From contig OZ252100.1 of the NCBI GenBank assembly GCA_965248435.1, positions 3,872,001 through 3,936,000 of the forward strand: a stretch of DNA of 64,000 bases. Direction: 5' to 3'. The notes beneath the pieces are model-generated. The model ran no database searches and was not told the origin of the DNA. It was given only the letters and a program-made list of their open reading frames with translations. The DNA is from Candidatus Latescibacterota bacterium (GTDB lineage: Bacteria > Latescibacterota > UBA2968 > GCA-2709665). Positions 10,820 to 19,499 of this stretch are shown piece by piece (the first letter of the stretch is position 1; each line of letters opens with the position of its first letter). The position numbers and the translations under genes were made by a program.

Positions 10820-12079
10820 TCACTTCTGGGTGACCTCGGATCGGCCACACCAGGCCAGGACGAAATTTACCAGCGATTTGAGCATGGGGCTAAGGTCTTT
10901 CAATTCGTAATACTCGTCGTAACCGTGGTCGCCGCCGCCACCGCCCGGTCCATAGAAGATTGCGTTGGCACAGCCCAGGAGCACCATGTCACCCCAGCCG
11001 CCGATCCAGCGGCTGACCAGAGGCGTGCCAGACCCTTGCTGGTGCGCCTGCGCTAACATTCGAAAGAAGTCTGTAGATTCATCGGTAATCATGGCCGGAA
11101 CTTCCAATGGCCCCCAATGCAACTCGGGCGGATGTTGTCTGAGCCAGGCAATGGTCTCGGCCGCCGTTTGCAGATGCTGGCCGAAAAGGCGCTTATATTC
11201 CTCCAGTGTCAGAGGTGGCGGCACACTGCAGTAGCCGTGCAAAACACATTCCTCAGGCACGTTGCTGAACCATCCTGCACTCTGCATCTCGGTAGCCACA
11301 ATGTTGGCAGGCGGCCAGCGTGGATCTACGTGACGCGCTTTAAGCAGGTCGCGCACCTGCTGCTCCAACGTGCCCAGGCTTTGAATCAGTCGCCCCATCA
11401 ACTCGATGGGGTTGGCCTCATGGGCAGGGCCCTGCGCCGAACCGAAAGGACCTTCGATGCAAATCGTAAAGTTGAGCACACCAGGATGACCGGTAATGCA
11501 ACGATTGGCCTTATTACCATCAATTAACAGGTGCCCGTCCGGCTGCACAGACTTGGGTCGTTTAAGATATGACCTCATACCCCCGCACGAAAATTCTTCC
11601 TCGGTGGTCACGAGAAAATGAAGATCGCCAGCTGTCGTCACCTCCAACTGTTGGAGCAGGTCGGCCACCATCCACAGCATTGCGGCGCCCACCCGGTCAT
11701 CGTGCGCCCCCCGGGCATACACCCGACCCTCGCGAATCGTCCCAGACCATGGGCTATCGCTCCAGCGCTGCCGCTTGCCAGGCGGCACGGTGTCCATATG
11801 CGCTTCGAGCAACAGGCTGCGTCCCCCACCGCCACCTTTGCGGTGGGCAATGCAGTTGAGCGGCCGGCCGACCGGGGTGGGTTCGCCCAATCCCTCCCCT
11901 TCGAAAAATTCCATAGCGCATCCCTGCGCCGCCAGTTCCCGGCCGACCAAACGCACTGAATCATGTTCCCGCATGCGCTCATTGGGTATTCGTAGCAGTT
12001 GAACCAGGAAGTCGACGTATCGCTTTAGTGATAATTCCAGCACGTCTTCGAGTGTGTGATCTGAGTCCCTTTTGCGCAT
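10820..12079 (-). CDS. M20 family metallohydrolase (ArgE/DapE-like)
   Basis: AHMDTV, RGAHDD, TEEE, HGYDEY. Confidence 0.88.
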   Translation of the reverse strand: MRKRDSDHTLEDVLELSLKRYVDFLVQLLRIPNERMREHDSVRLVGRELAAQGCAMEFFEGEGLGEPTPVGRPLNCIAHRKGGGGGRSLLLEAHMDTVPPGKRQRWSDSPWSGTIREGRVYARGAHDDRVGAAMLWMVADLLQQLEVTTAGDLHFLVTTEEEFSCGGMRSYLKRPKSVQPDGHLLIDGNKANRCITGHPGVLNFTICIEGPFGSAQGPAHEANPIELMGRLIQSLGTLEQQVRDLLKARHVDPRWPPANIVATEMQSAGWFSNVPEECVLHGYCSVPPPLTLEEYKRLFGQHLQTAAETIAWLRQHPPELHWGPLEVPAMITDESTDFFRMLAQAHQQGSGTPLVSRWIGGWGDMVLLGCANAIFYGPGGGGGDHGYDEYYELKDLSPMLKSLVNFVLAWCGRSEVTQK

Positions 12080-12378
12080 ATTATGTATTGACCTGCTCCG
12101 CTCTCGAGGCGCGTGGGTTATTTTTAGGGTAATCCACCCCTGCAGACGTAGCTACCATCAAGGAATAGCATACATGGCTAAATATACGAAATACGATCTT
12201 GGTAGCCATCGCGGATCCCAGTCGGGCAATCCTGCACGTCCAGCAAGTGCCGAGTCGTCCCGGAGAACGGTATCGAGGCAAGCGAGCGCAAGCATTCGAA
12301 CGTGTCGAGGTGTTGGCTGCCAGAGGCTGGTCTGTTTAATCGTCAGGTGGATAAGAAACGGGAAAGGAGACTGCTGGC

Positions 12379-13959
12379 ATGCGTGTGGAACTCAGAGATG
12401 CACTGGAATTTCTTTATGTTGATTCGGTGGTGTCAGGATCCCTCCGTCGTTCCATGACCGTGGATGTGCCGCGGGGCGGGACGGGCAGCTTCCACGTTCT
12501 GCTTTGCGGACTCTCCAGGGGGAAAACCGTCCGTTTCGCGATTCGCAGAGATGGGAGGGTCGTGCGGAACGCCGAATGGTTTCGCCTGGTCGATGTGCCG
12601 GTGGAAAAAAACACAGGTCCTGTTCTCGGTGTGGAGAAACGCGGTGAGCGGAACCCGTTCGTCATCCGTCGCGCACCTTTTCGCGTCTATGACGCCATGG
12701 AACCTGTTCAGGGTTCTGTCCAGGCCGTTTCATCAACCATGGCGCTCCGCGCTCACCTTCCAGCGGGCAGGGGGAAGGCAGGGCAGCGTGAATACAGGGT
12801 GGAAATTGAGCACGAAAAAGAGACGCGCACCCTTTCATTCTGCATGCGCGTTCACAAACCTGTCGTGCCGGGCATTGGAAAGGATAGCTTTTTCATGACC
12901 CATTTCTATAACCTGGGTAACGTGGCGGGCAGGCACGGATTGCGGCAGTGGAGCGAACCACACTGGCGAATGATCCGGCGCTATGCCGATTTGATGGCGC
13001 ACGCGCGTCAGAACACCTTTCGCGTTGCTCTGAACGACATCTTCACAAAGAGAGGGAAAGCACCCAGCCTGGATCGAAACCGCCTGCGTCGTATCGTCAG
13101 GCTGTTCAGCGATGCTGGAATGTATTATATCGAAGGCGGCCACCTCGCCGGCAAAAGGGGAAACCCTTGGAAAGCGACGAAGTTCGACCTCGGCCTCAGC
13201 GGCCTGCCGGCCACTTCCGCTGAGGGGAATGCGAGCCTGGCCGGCATCACCCGGCAGCTTATGTGCGAGATCGAGCGAAATGGGTGGCAGAAGCGATGGA
13301 TACAGCACGTTGCCGATGAGCCGCTCGATCCGAGTGCGACAGACTTCAGGATCCTCGCGGGCATGGTGCGCAAGTACATGCCGGGACTGCCGCTTCTGGA
13401 TGCCACCCAGACCCGGGAGCCTGTCGGCTCGGTAGACATCTGGTGCCCGCAGCTTCAAGAATACCAGAAACACCGCAAGCATTTCGAGGCGCAGCGGGCC
13501 CTCGGTGACAGGGTGTGGTTCTACAATTGCCTCGAGCCAGGGGGTCCGTGGCTGAACCGGCACCTGGACGCGGAATTGCTGCGCCCCGCGCTTTTCGGGT
13601 GGGGCGCAGCACGGTTCCGTCTCGAAGGCTATCTTCATTGGGCTCTCAATTACTACAGGCCGCACCAGGATCCTTTCAAGCTGAGCGTTATCGAGCACCA
13701 TAGCGGCCTCAGCCTGCCTGCGGGGGAGACCCACATCGTCTATCCCGGACCCGCTGGGCCGTGGTCAAGCGTGAGGTTGGAGGCCCAGCGGGAGGGATTC
13801 GAGGACTACGAACTTTTGCGCAGGCTGCGTGTTCAGGACGAGGAAAGTGCAACCAAGATAATCCGCAGGGTCATCAGAGGTTTTGACAAATACACGAAGC
13901 GTGTGAGGACGTTCCGTTCGGCTCGCAGGGACATGCTTGAGGCACTCGCTCGCGACTGA
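12379..13959 (+). CDS. DUF4091 / GH123-like protein
   Basis: ADEP, VWFYNC, GYLHWALNY, IVYPG..SSVRLEAQREGFEDYELL. Confidence 0.75.
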   Translation: MRVELRDALEFLYVDSVVSGSLRRSMTVDVPRGGTGSFHVLLCGLSRGKTVRFAIRRDGRVVRNAEWFRLVDVPVEKNTGPVLGVEKRGERNPFVIRRAPFRVYDAMEPVQGSVQAVSSTMALRAHLPAGRGKAGQREYRVEIEHEKETRTLSFCMRVHKPVVPGIGKDSFFMTHFYNLGNVAGRHGLRQWSEPHWRMIRRYADLMAHARQNTFRVALNDIFTKRGKAPSLDRNRLRRIVRLFSDAGMYYIEGGHLAGKRGNPWKATKFDLGLSGLPATSAEGNASLAGITRQLMCEIERNGWQKRWIQHVADEPLDPSATDFRILAGMVRKYMPGLPLLDATQTREPVGSVDIWCPQLQEYQKHRKHFEAQRALGDRVWFYNCLEPGGPWLNRHLDAELLRPALFGWGAARFRLEGYLHWALNYYRPHQDPFKLSVIEHHSGLSLPAGETHIVYPGPAGPWSSVRLEAQREGFEDYELLRRLRVQDEESATKIIRRVIRGFDKYTKRVRTFRSARRDMLEALARD

Positions 13960-14087
13960 TGTTGCTAACACGCATCAAGTGCCTGATCGACACCGTGCAG
14001 AAGATGTGAGCACACACCCGGGATGAGGGCGATTCCGGCACGAAGTTGCCCTAGACAAGGAAGCAGAGAGAGAAGAATAGGGAGAGC

Positions 14088-15629
14088 ATGGCTCAATACG
14101 ACGCGATCGTGGTCGGCGGAGGCCATAACGGACTCGTGGCTGCCAATTACATCGCCAGAGCGGGCATGTCGGTCCTGGTATTGGAACGCCGCGACTTCGT
14201 TGGTGGGGCATGCATTACAGAAGAACTGTTCCCCGGTTTCCGCGTATCCAGCTGCTCGTATATCTGCTATCTGCTACAAGAGAAGGTTATCGAGGACCTG
14301 GAACTCAGGAAGCACGGCTTCGAGGTGCATGCCCTCACGCCGTATCGCTTCCACCCCTTTCCGAACGGAGAGTATCTGCTGCACTGGCACGACGATGCCC
14401 GGACGGCCGACGAGATCCGCCGCATCTCGCCCCGTGATGCTGAAAGGTATCCCGAATGGGTCGCTTTCTGGGAGCGGGCTGCCGGCATCCTCAAACGGTA
14501 TTTTCTCGCTGAGCCTCCAACGATCACAGAGATCGCGGCCAGCGTCGAAGGCACACCAGATGAGCGGGTCTTCGAGCGGATGGTGACGGGAAACATGAAG
14601 GACCTCGTCGAGGAATACTTCGAGTCCGATCTCGTGCGTGCGAGCTACATCGATGCTCAGGATGCCGGCGATGTGAGCGCACCTGGCAGCGTCATGGCAG
14701 TTGCCTATTACAAGGTCGCTATACTGAGCGAGGAGAAGAACGTAGGAATACCCTATGGCGGCATGGGCGGTATCACGCAGGCGATGGCTCGGTCTGCTGA
14801 AGCGAGGGGCGTTGACATTCGGACCGGCGCAGAGATCCAGCGCATCGTGATTCACAACGGGCGTGCCGGCGGCGTTGTTCTGAACAACGGTGAGGAGATC
14901 GGCACCAGCGTGGTGGTCTCGAACGCCGACCCGAAGCGAACGTTTCTCGGACTCGTAGACCCTGCGGAACTCGAACCGGAGTTCGTGGAGAAGATCAAGC
15001 GACTGAAGAACGGCGTGACCTATCTCAAGTTCCACTGCGCGCTGAAGGAACTGCCCGATTTCTCAGCCCATCTGGGCAAAGACTTCGATCCACACTACCT
15101 GGCGCAGGCGCGCATATGTCCCTCCGTCGAGTATCACGAACAGAGCTGGGATGATGCCAGACGAGGTCTTCCGTCGAGTTGTCCCGTCATGTCGATTCAG
15201 ATCCCGTCCGTGTACGAGCACAGCCTGACCCCTCCCGGGCAGCACGTTATGTCCGTATGGGTGCTCTACGCGCCGCCACAGCTTCGAAATGGATCGTGGG
15301 ATGATGCGAACAGGCGAGTCGGAGAACACCTGATCGACACGATCAATGAATACGCGCCAAACTTTCGGGATGCGATCATCGACTGGAAGCTTTTCACGCC
15401 TCCAGATCTCGAACGCAGGGTGTATCTGACGAACGGGAGCATCCGTCATACAGACATCACGATCGATCAAATGCTGTCCAAGCGATTCGATGGCGGAGAA
15501 TCGGGCTACAGCACGCCGGTGAAGGGTCTCTATCTGTGCGGGGCTGGAACGCACCCCGGGGGAGAGGTCACCGGGGCACCGGGACATAACGCGGCGGAGG
15601 CTATTCTGAGGCTCGAATCGTGTTCGTAG
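14088..15629 (+). CDS. Phytoene-desaturase-family FAD-dependent oxidoreductase
   Basis: GGGHNGLVAA, GGMGGIT, GLYLCGAGTHPGGEVTGAPGHNAA. Confidence 0.9.
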   Translation: MAQYDAIVVGGGHNGLVAANYIARAGMSVLVLERRDFVGGACITEELFPGFRVSSCSYICYLLQEKVIEDLELRKHGFEVHALTPYRFHPFPNGEYLLHWHDDARTADEIRRISPRDAERYPEWVAFWERAAGILKRYFLAEPPTITEIAASVEGTPDERVFERMVTGNMKDLVEEYFESDLVRASYIDAQDAGDVSAPGSVMAVAYYKVAILSEEKNVGIPYGGMGGITQAMARSAEARGVDIRTGAEIQRIVIHNGRAGGVVLNNGEEIGTSVVVSNADPKRTFLGLVDPAELEPEFVEKIKRLKNGVTYLKFHCALKELPDFSAHLGKDFDPHYLAQARICPSVEYHEQSWDDARRGLPSSCPVMSIQIPSVYEHSLTPPGQHVMSVWVLYAPPQLRNGSWDDANRRVGEHLIDTINEYAPNFRDAIIDWKLFTPPDLERRVYLTNGSIRHTDITIDQMLSKRFDGGESGYSTPVKGLYLCGAGTHPGGEVTGAPGHNAAEAILRLESCS

Positions 15630-15885
15630 AAAAGGACCTGAGTTTTTGGGTACCGGGAAGGCAAAACACGGGTGCCGGGGACCGTAAGACGGTGTTGCTT
15701 AGAGAAACGAACCAAATATTCCTGTTGACATCCCGCGGTTTTTAGGTTCTTTTTTTGCAGAAATTGTAGATTTTTCTGCACCCTAAACGATTTAGCCAAA
15801 CCGGACTTGAGTGAACCTTGACATCGCGTGAAACAAAGGGATCGCCTTCTTCTACTCGCCGGGAAGACCAGAAGGAGGATTCACG

Positions 15886-17538
15886 GTGAGAGCATCACTT
15901 CTTAGGCGTTGGACTGTCGTGACGGTCGTCGGACTGGGCTGCTTTGCGTGCGGCAAAGACCAATCTCTCTCGCCCGGAATCGAGCGAGCAGGGGGCCTTG
16001 GAAAGCCCGCTGTTAAGGCAGCTGTGAACCATCGTTTGGTTGTGACTGTAACGGTGATTCAGGCCGGTGAGCCGGCATCGGGCGTGGAAGTTGCGTTCTC
16101 TCGCTCCATCTCCGGTCGAGCAGCCGACTACAGGTGGCAGGGCACAACGGACGAGAATGGCGAGGTGGAGATCGAGATTACGGCTGATCCGACGGGACAG
16201 TTCGGGCGGGTGGGGACGACCGGCTATTATCTCGCGATGGCCACCGAAACTGCAAGCGAAGAGGTCTTGGAGAAATGGGGCAGTATCCCGATCAACGATG
16301 GAGAGACGGCAGAACTGATTCTGGAGGTCGGGAGGCGAGCCTTCTTTAGACAGGATTTGAGAGGCAGGTTCGATCTTCGGACGCTTGGTCCCATTCCTTA
16401 TCCTTCGGACAACGCATACGATCCGCAAAGAATCGCTCTGGGAAAGCTGCTCTTCTACGACCCGATCCTGGGGGGAGAGAAAGACGTTGCTTGCGGGACC
16501 TGTCATTTACCGGGATCTGCCTTTGCCGATGGTCGTCAATTCGGTGCAGGCGTGAGTGGTGTAGGCCTGGGTAAAGACCGTGAGCTTTCTAACCTATCTA
16601 TCTCCGGCGATGAAATCCTGCTCGAGCCCAGGAATACGATGACGATTTATAACACGGCGTTTAATGCAGACGAGGGTGGCCTTCCTTCCGCCTTCGGGTT
16701 TTTTGCTGTGGATGGTAAAGCCAGGGGGCTGGAGGAGCTGGTTACGATTCCCATCGCTAATCGGGTCGAAATGCGGGGAGATGCCTACTCCGAGGAGGCT
16801 GCCCTGGATAGTGTGGTTGCAAGGCTTCGAACGGTTCCCGAATACGTTCAGCTTTTCCAGGAGGCCTTCCCGGCAGAGGCGATGCAAACCGGGGGAACGG
16901 CCGTCATCGACGGTTCCACATACAGTCGGGCGCTAGCGGCCTATGCGCGAGAATTGGTCACGCGAGACTCACCCTACGATCGCTATGTAAAAGGTAGTGA
17001 TGGCGCGCTAAGCGACGAACAGAAATTGGGCCTGGAGTTGTTCTTCACCAGGGCCAAGTGTTCCGTCTGTCACAACGGACCGATGTTGAGCGACTACCGG
17101 TTCATCCGTCAAGGGGTGCCCCAGGTAGGTGAGGGAAAAAGCTCGGGGGACGACAGGGGTCGGGAAGAATTTACCGGAAACCCTCTAGACCGGTATAAAT
17201 TCCGCACGCTGACGATTCGGAATGTTGAGCTGACCGCGCCCTACATGCACGACGGTTTTTTCGAAACGCTCGAGGAAGTCGTCCGATTTTATAACGATGG
17301 CGCTCGGCCACGACATCCTGTGGTGGTAGATGATGTGCTGGAGCCCATTCTGATCGAGCCTCTGGGCTTGACCGATGAGGAGATAGACGCCATCGTCGAG
17401 TTCATGAAGGCGTTGACCGATCCGGGAACGGCCCTGGATCCCTTCCTCGTGACCGTTCCGGACGAGGTCCCCAGCGGACTCACCCCGCTCATTGGGGTGA
17501 GTGCGGTAGGAAAAATCGCTTCGGGGCCTGGAAGATAG
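15886..17538 (+). CDS. Di-heme cytochrome c peroxidase/MauG-family protein with N-terminal lipoprotein-like extension
   Basis: LGKLLFYDPIL, CGTCH, CSVCH, RNVELTAPYMHDG, FYN. Confidence 0.9.
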   Translation: MRASLLRRWTVVTVVGLGCFACGKDQSLSPGIERAGGLGKPAVKAAVNHRLVVTVTVIQAGEPASGVEVAFSRSISGRAADYRWQGTTDENGEVEIEITADPTGQFGRVGTTGYYLAMATETASEEVLEKWGSIPINDGETAELILEVGRRAFFRQDLRGRFDLRTLGPIPYPSDNAYDPQRIALGKLLFYDPILGGEKDVACGTCHLPGSAFADGRQFGAGVSGVGLGKDRELSNLSISGDEILLEPRNTMTIYNTAFNADEGGLPSAFGFFAVDGKARGLEELVTIPIANRVEMRGDAYSEEAALDSVVARLRTVPEYVQLFQEAFPAEAMQTGGTAVIDGSTYSRALAAYARELVTRDSPYDRYVKGSDGALSDEQKLGLELFFTRAKCSVCHNGPMLSDYRFIRQGVPQVGEGKSSGDDRGREEFTGNPLDRYKFRTLTIRNVELTAPYMHDGFFETLEEVVRFYNDGARPRHPVVVDDVLEPILIEPLGLTDEEIDAIVEFMKALTDPGTALDPFLVTVPDEVPSGLTPLIGVSAVGKIASGPGR

Positions 17539-17567
17539 CGTTCTCTCTCCGATCGCAAGAAATCGAA

Positions 17568-17598
17568 AGGGCCTGCACCCTTATAGGTGCAGGCCCTG
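17568..17598. terminator. Hairpin between convergent genes (probable terminator)
   Basis: AGGGCCTGCACC-7nt-GGTGCAGGCCCT. Confidence 0.7.
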
Positions 17599-17612
17599 AA
17601 TATTTGTAGTCG

Positions 17613-17721
17613 GCGTTGACCGATCAGGGATCAGATCTCGATCCCTTCCTTCTGACCATTCCGGATGAGGTCCCCAGCAGACTCACGCCCATCTTTGGTG
17701 TGAGCACGGTTGGGAAGGTCG
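17613..17721 (+). pseudogene. Diverged duplicate of the peroxidase 3' end
   Basis: ALTDQGSDLDPFLLTIPDEVPSRLTPIFGVS versus ALTDPGTALDPFLVTVPDEVPSGLTPLIGVS (17410-17520). Confidence 0.85.
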
Positions 17722-17741
17722 CGTCATCTCGAAGAAGGGTG

Positions 17742-18581
17742 CTACTGCCTCACAAATGTGAGCGTCCCAAGCGGGGGCGAACCGCCTGGAAGGGGGCTTG
17801 ACTGGATCTTTTTGATCGGCTGAGGGGGATCGGTTACGACATCATCGGTCTCGAAGGTGACACCACTGTCGGTGCCCGCATCATAGGCAAAAAGGTCCAC
17901 GGCGAGCGTGTCCAGCCAGGTCCCTTCCGGGAACAGGTTGAGGCCTGACACGCCGACAAACCAGTCGGGGCTGGGCGCAATCATCGTAACGAGGGTGACG
18001 AGGGGGTGCGATTCAGTGATCTCAAACGTCATACTCAGCAACCCCGGAGATCTTTCCATTGACATTTCCAAAAGCTGGAGCTCTTCAGGCAGATGGAACT
18101 CTGCAGTCCCTGCCTCCATAGCCACTTCCACTTCGGCCCTCAGCTTGTTCGTGAAACCCAACTCGGCCATCTGCTTGATGCCGGGAGTGGCGAGCCCGCC
18201 CGGTTGCCAGAACACGACATCGGAGTCGTGGGTGGCCCCGACCAGGTCGGAGAAGTAGTTACGGAAAATCGGAAAATCTTCGGGATGGGTTTCCTGACTC
18301 CATTTACCTTCGAATATGACCTCATACGTAACCGTTTCTTTGGGGGGCTTGCCGAACTCGACCGCGAACGCGACGAAGTCAAAGAAGTTTACGTCTCCGT
18401 TTCCATCCAGGTCGACCTTGAGATCTAGATTGCCGAATCCTACGGCGAATTCCACAAAATCAAAGAAATTGACGACGCCATCTCCGGTAAAATCGATATC
18501 GACCGTCGATTGCGCAGGCAGCAAGGCCGGAATAGTGAGCAGCTGCAGCGTGAAGCCTAAAGTCATGACACGCTTCCGCAT
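17742..18581 (-). CDS. Secreted spondin-domain protein with dockerin/EF-hand-like repeats
   Basis: Signal peptide; DFTGDGVVNFFDF and DLDGNGDVNFFDF; Spondin_N motifs MIAPSPDWFVG and YDAGTDSG. Confidence 0.88.
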   Translation of the reverse strand: MRKRVMTLGFTLQLLTIPALLPAQSTVDIDFTGDGVVNFFDFVEFAVGFGNLDLKVDLDGNGDVNFFDFVAFAVEFGKPPKETVTYEVIFEGKWSQETHPEDFPIFRNYFSDLVGATHDSDVVFWQPGGLATPGIKQMAELGFTNKLRAEVEVAMEAGTAEFHLPEELQLLEMSMERSPGLLSMTFEITESHPLVTLVTMIAPSPDWFVGVSGLNLFPEGTWLDTLAVDLFAYDAGTDSGVTFETDDVVTDPPQPIKKIQSSPLPGGSPPLGTLTFVRQ

Positions 18582-18999
18582 CGATTTCTCCTGCCTTTTC
18601 GTCTCTCTACATTAATGTTACATTCAAGAAAAAAATTTAGCCAAAATAGACTCTGAGGGCAATCGAGAAGGTAGTCTGCACGGAAACGCGGGCCTGTGGC
18701 CGCTTCGGTGGAAGTGGAGGAGATGGTCATGCCCACGATCATGGTGACGGCGCCAATGGGATCGTGAATCGCAGACCCCTCCCTCGGTCCCTCCCCTAAA
18801 GGGGAGGGAAGGCAGTTGCAAACCTTCTGGCCTAAACGAAGTCCTGATCTTCTACCTTGAAACGTGTGGATCGTGAAGAACCTTATCTAATCACTGTGCC
18901 CGTTCCCCCTTCGCTTTAGGGAGGGGGGAGTTAGGGGGGATAGGTCAGCACGCTGCCTTTGCCACACCATTATGTCTTTTGCCGTTTTATCACCTGTTC

Positions 19000-19300
19000 C
19001 CGTTTCCCCAAGGTCCGAATCAGGATAAGTATCTATTTGTAGATGACTTAAGTCATGATAGGTTCGAGGAGTACGTAACAGTTGCTTCCGTAGCCGGTTT
19101 GGGCGATATGTTGCGGTAGCTTGTTGTTTTAAATATGCTAATATTTAATATTCAAATAGGAGCGATTTGGTCTTTTTTGCTTGACGGAGCTCGCAAAATA
19201 GCTTTTCTTATTAAAGTGAGTATTGAACCTAAGGCGATCTCTTATGCCAGTTCGCTTAGTACCTAATCAGCATTTCAAAATTACAAGAAATGGTCTTTGG
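19000..19300 (+). promoter_or_regulatory. AT-rich probable promoter region of the TonB receptor operon
   Basis: Marked AT enrichment and a TTGACG near 19181; exact promoter not resolved. Confidence 0.35.
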
Positions 19301-19499
19301 CCGCATTGACCGGGTTGCAGGCATGCGGCTATTTCCGTGCCTGAACGAAGGGGGGGATGACCAACCTAAGACGTTCAACGCTTTCTTCAAGATCTTTCGC
19401 TGAATACCGAATCACCGCAACGGAGGAGCGTAAATGCAGAGAATCGAATCTAGAGTTGCAGGTTTGAGGTTAGCCGGAAAACAAATAAGGAGGAACAAG

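Noticed and set aside
15725-15830. Sigma70 promoters at two TTGACA hexamers
   Set aside because: No convincing -10 box at the correct spacing
19290-19400. Riboswitch upstream of the TonB receptor
   Set aside because: Only a short GCCGCAT..ATGCGGC hairpin; no cobalamin or TPP consensus recognised
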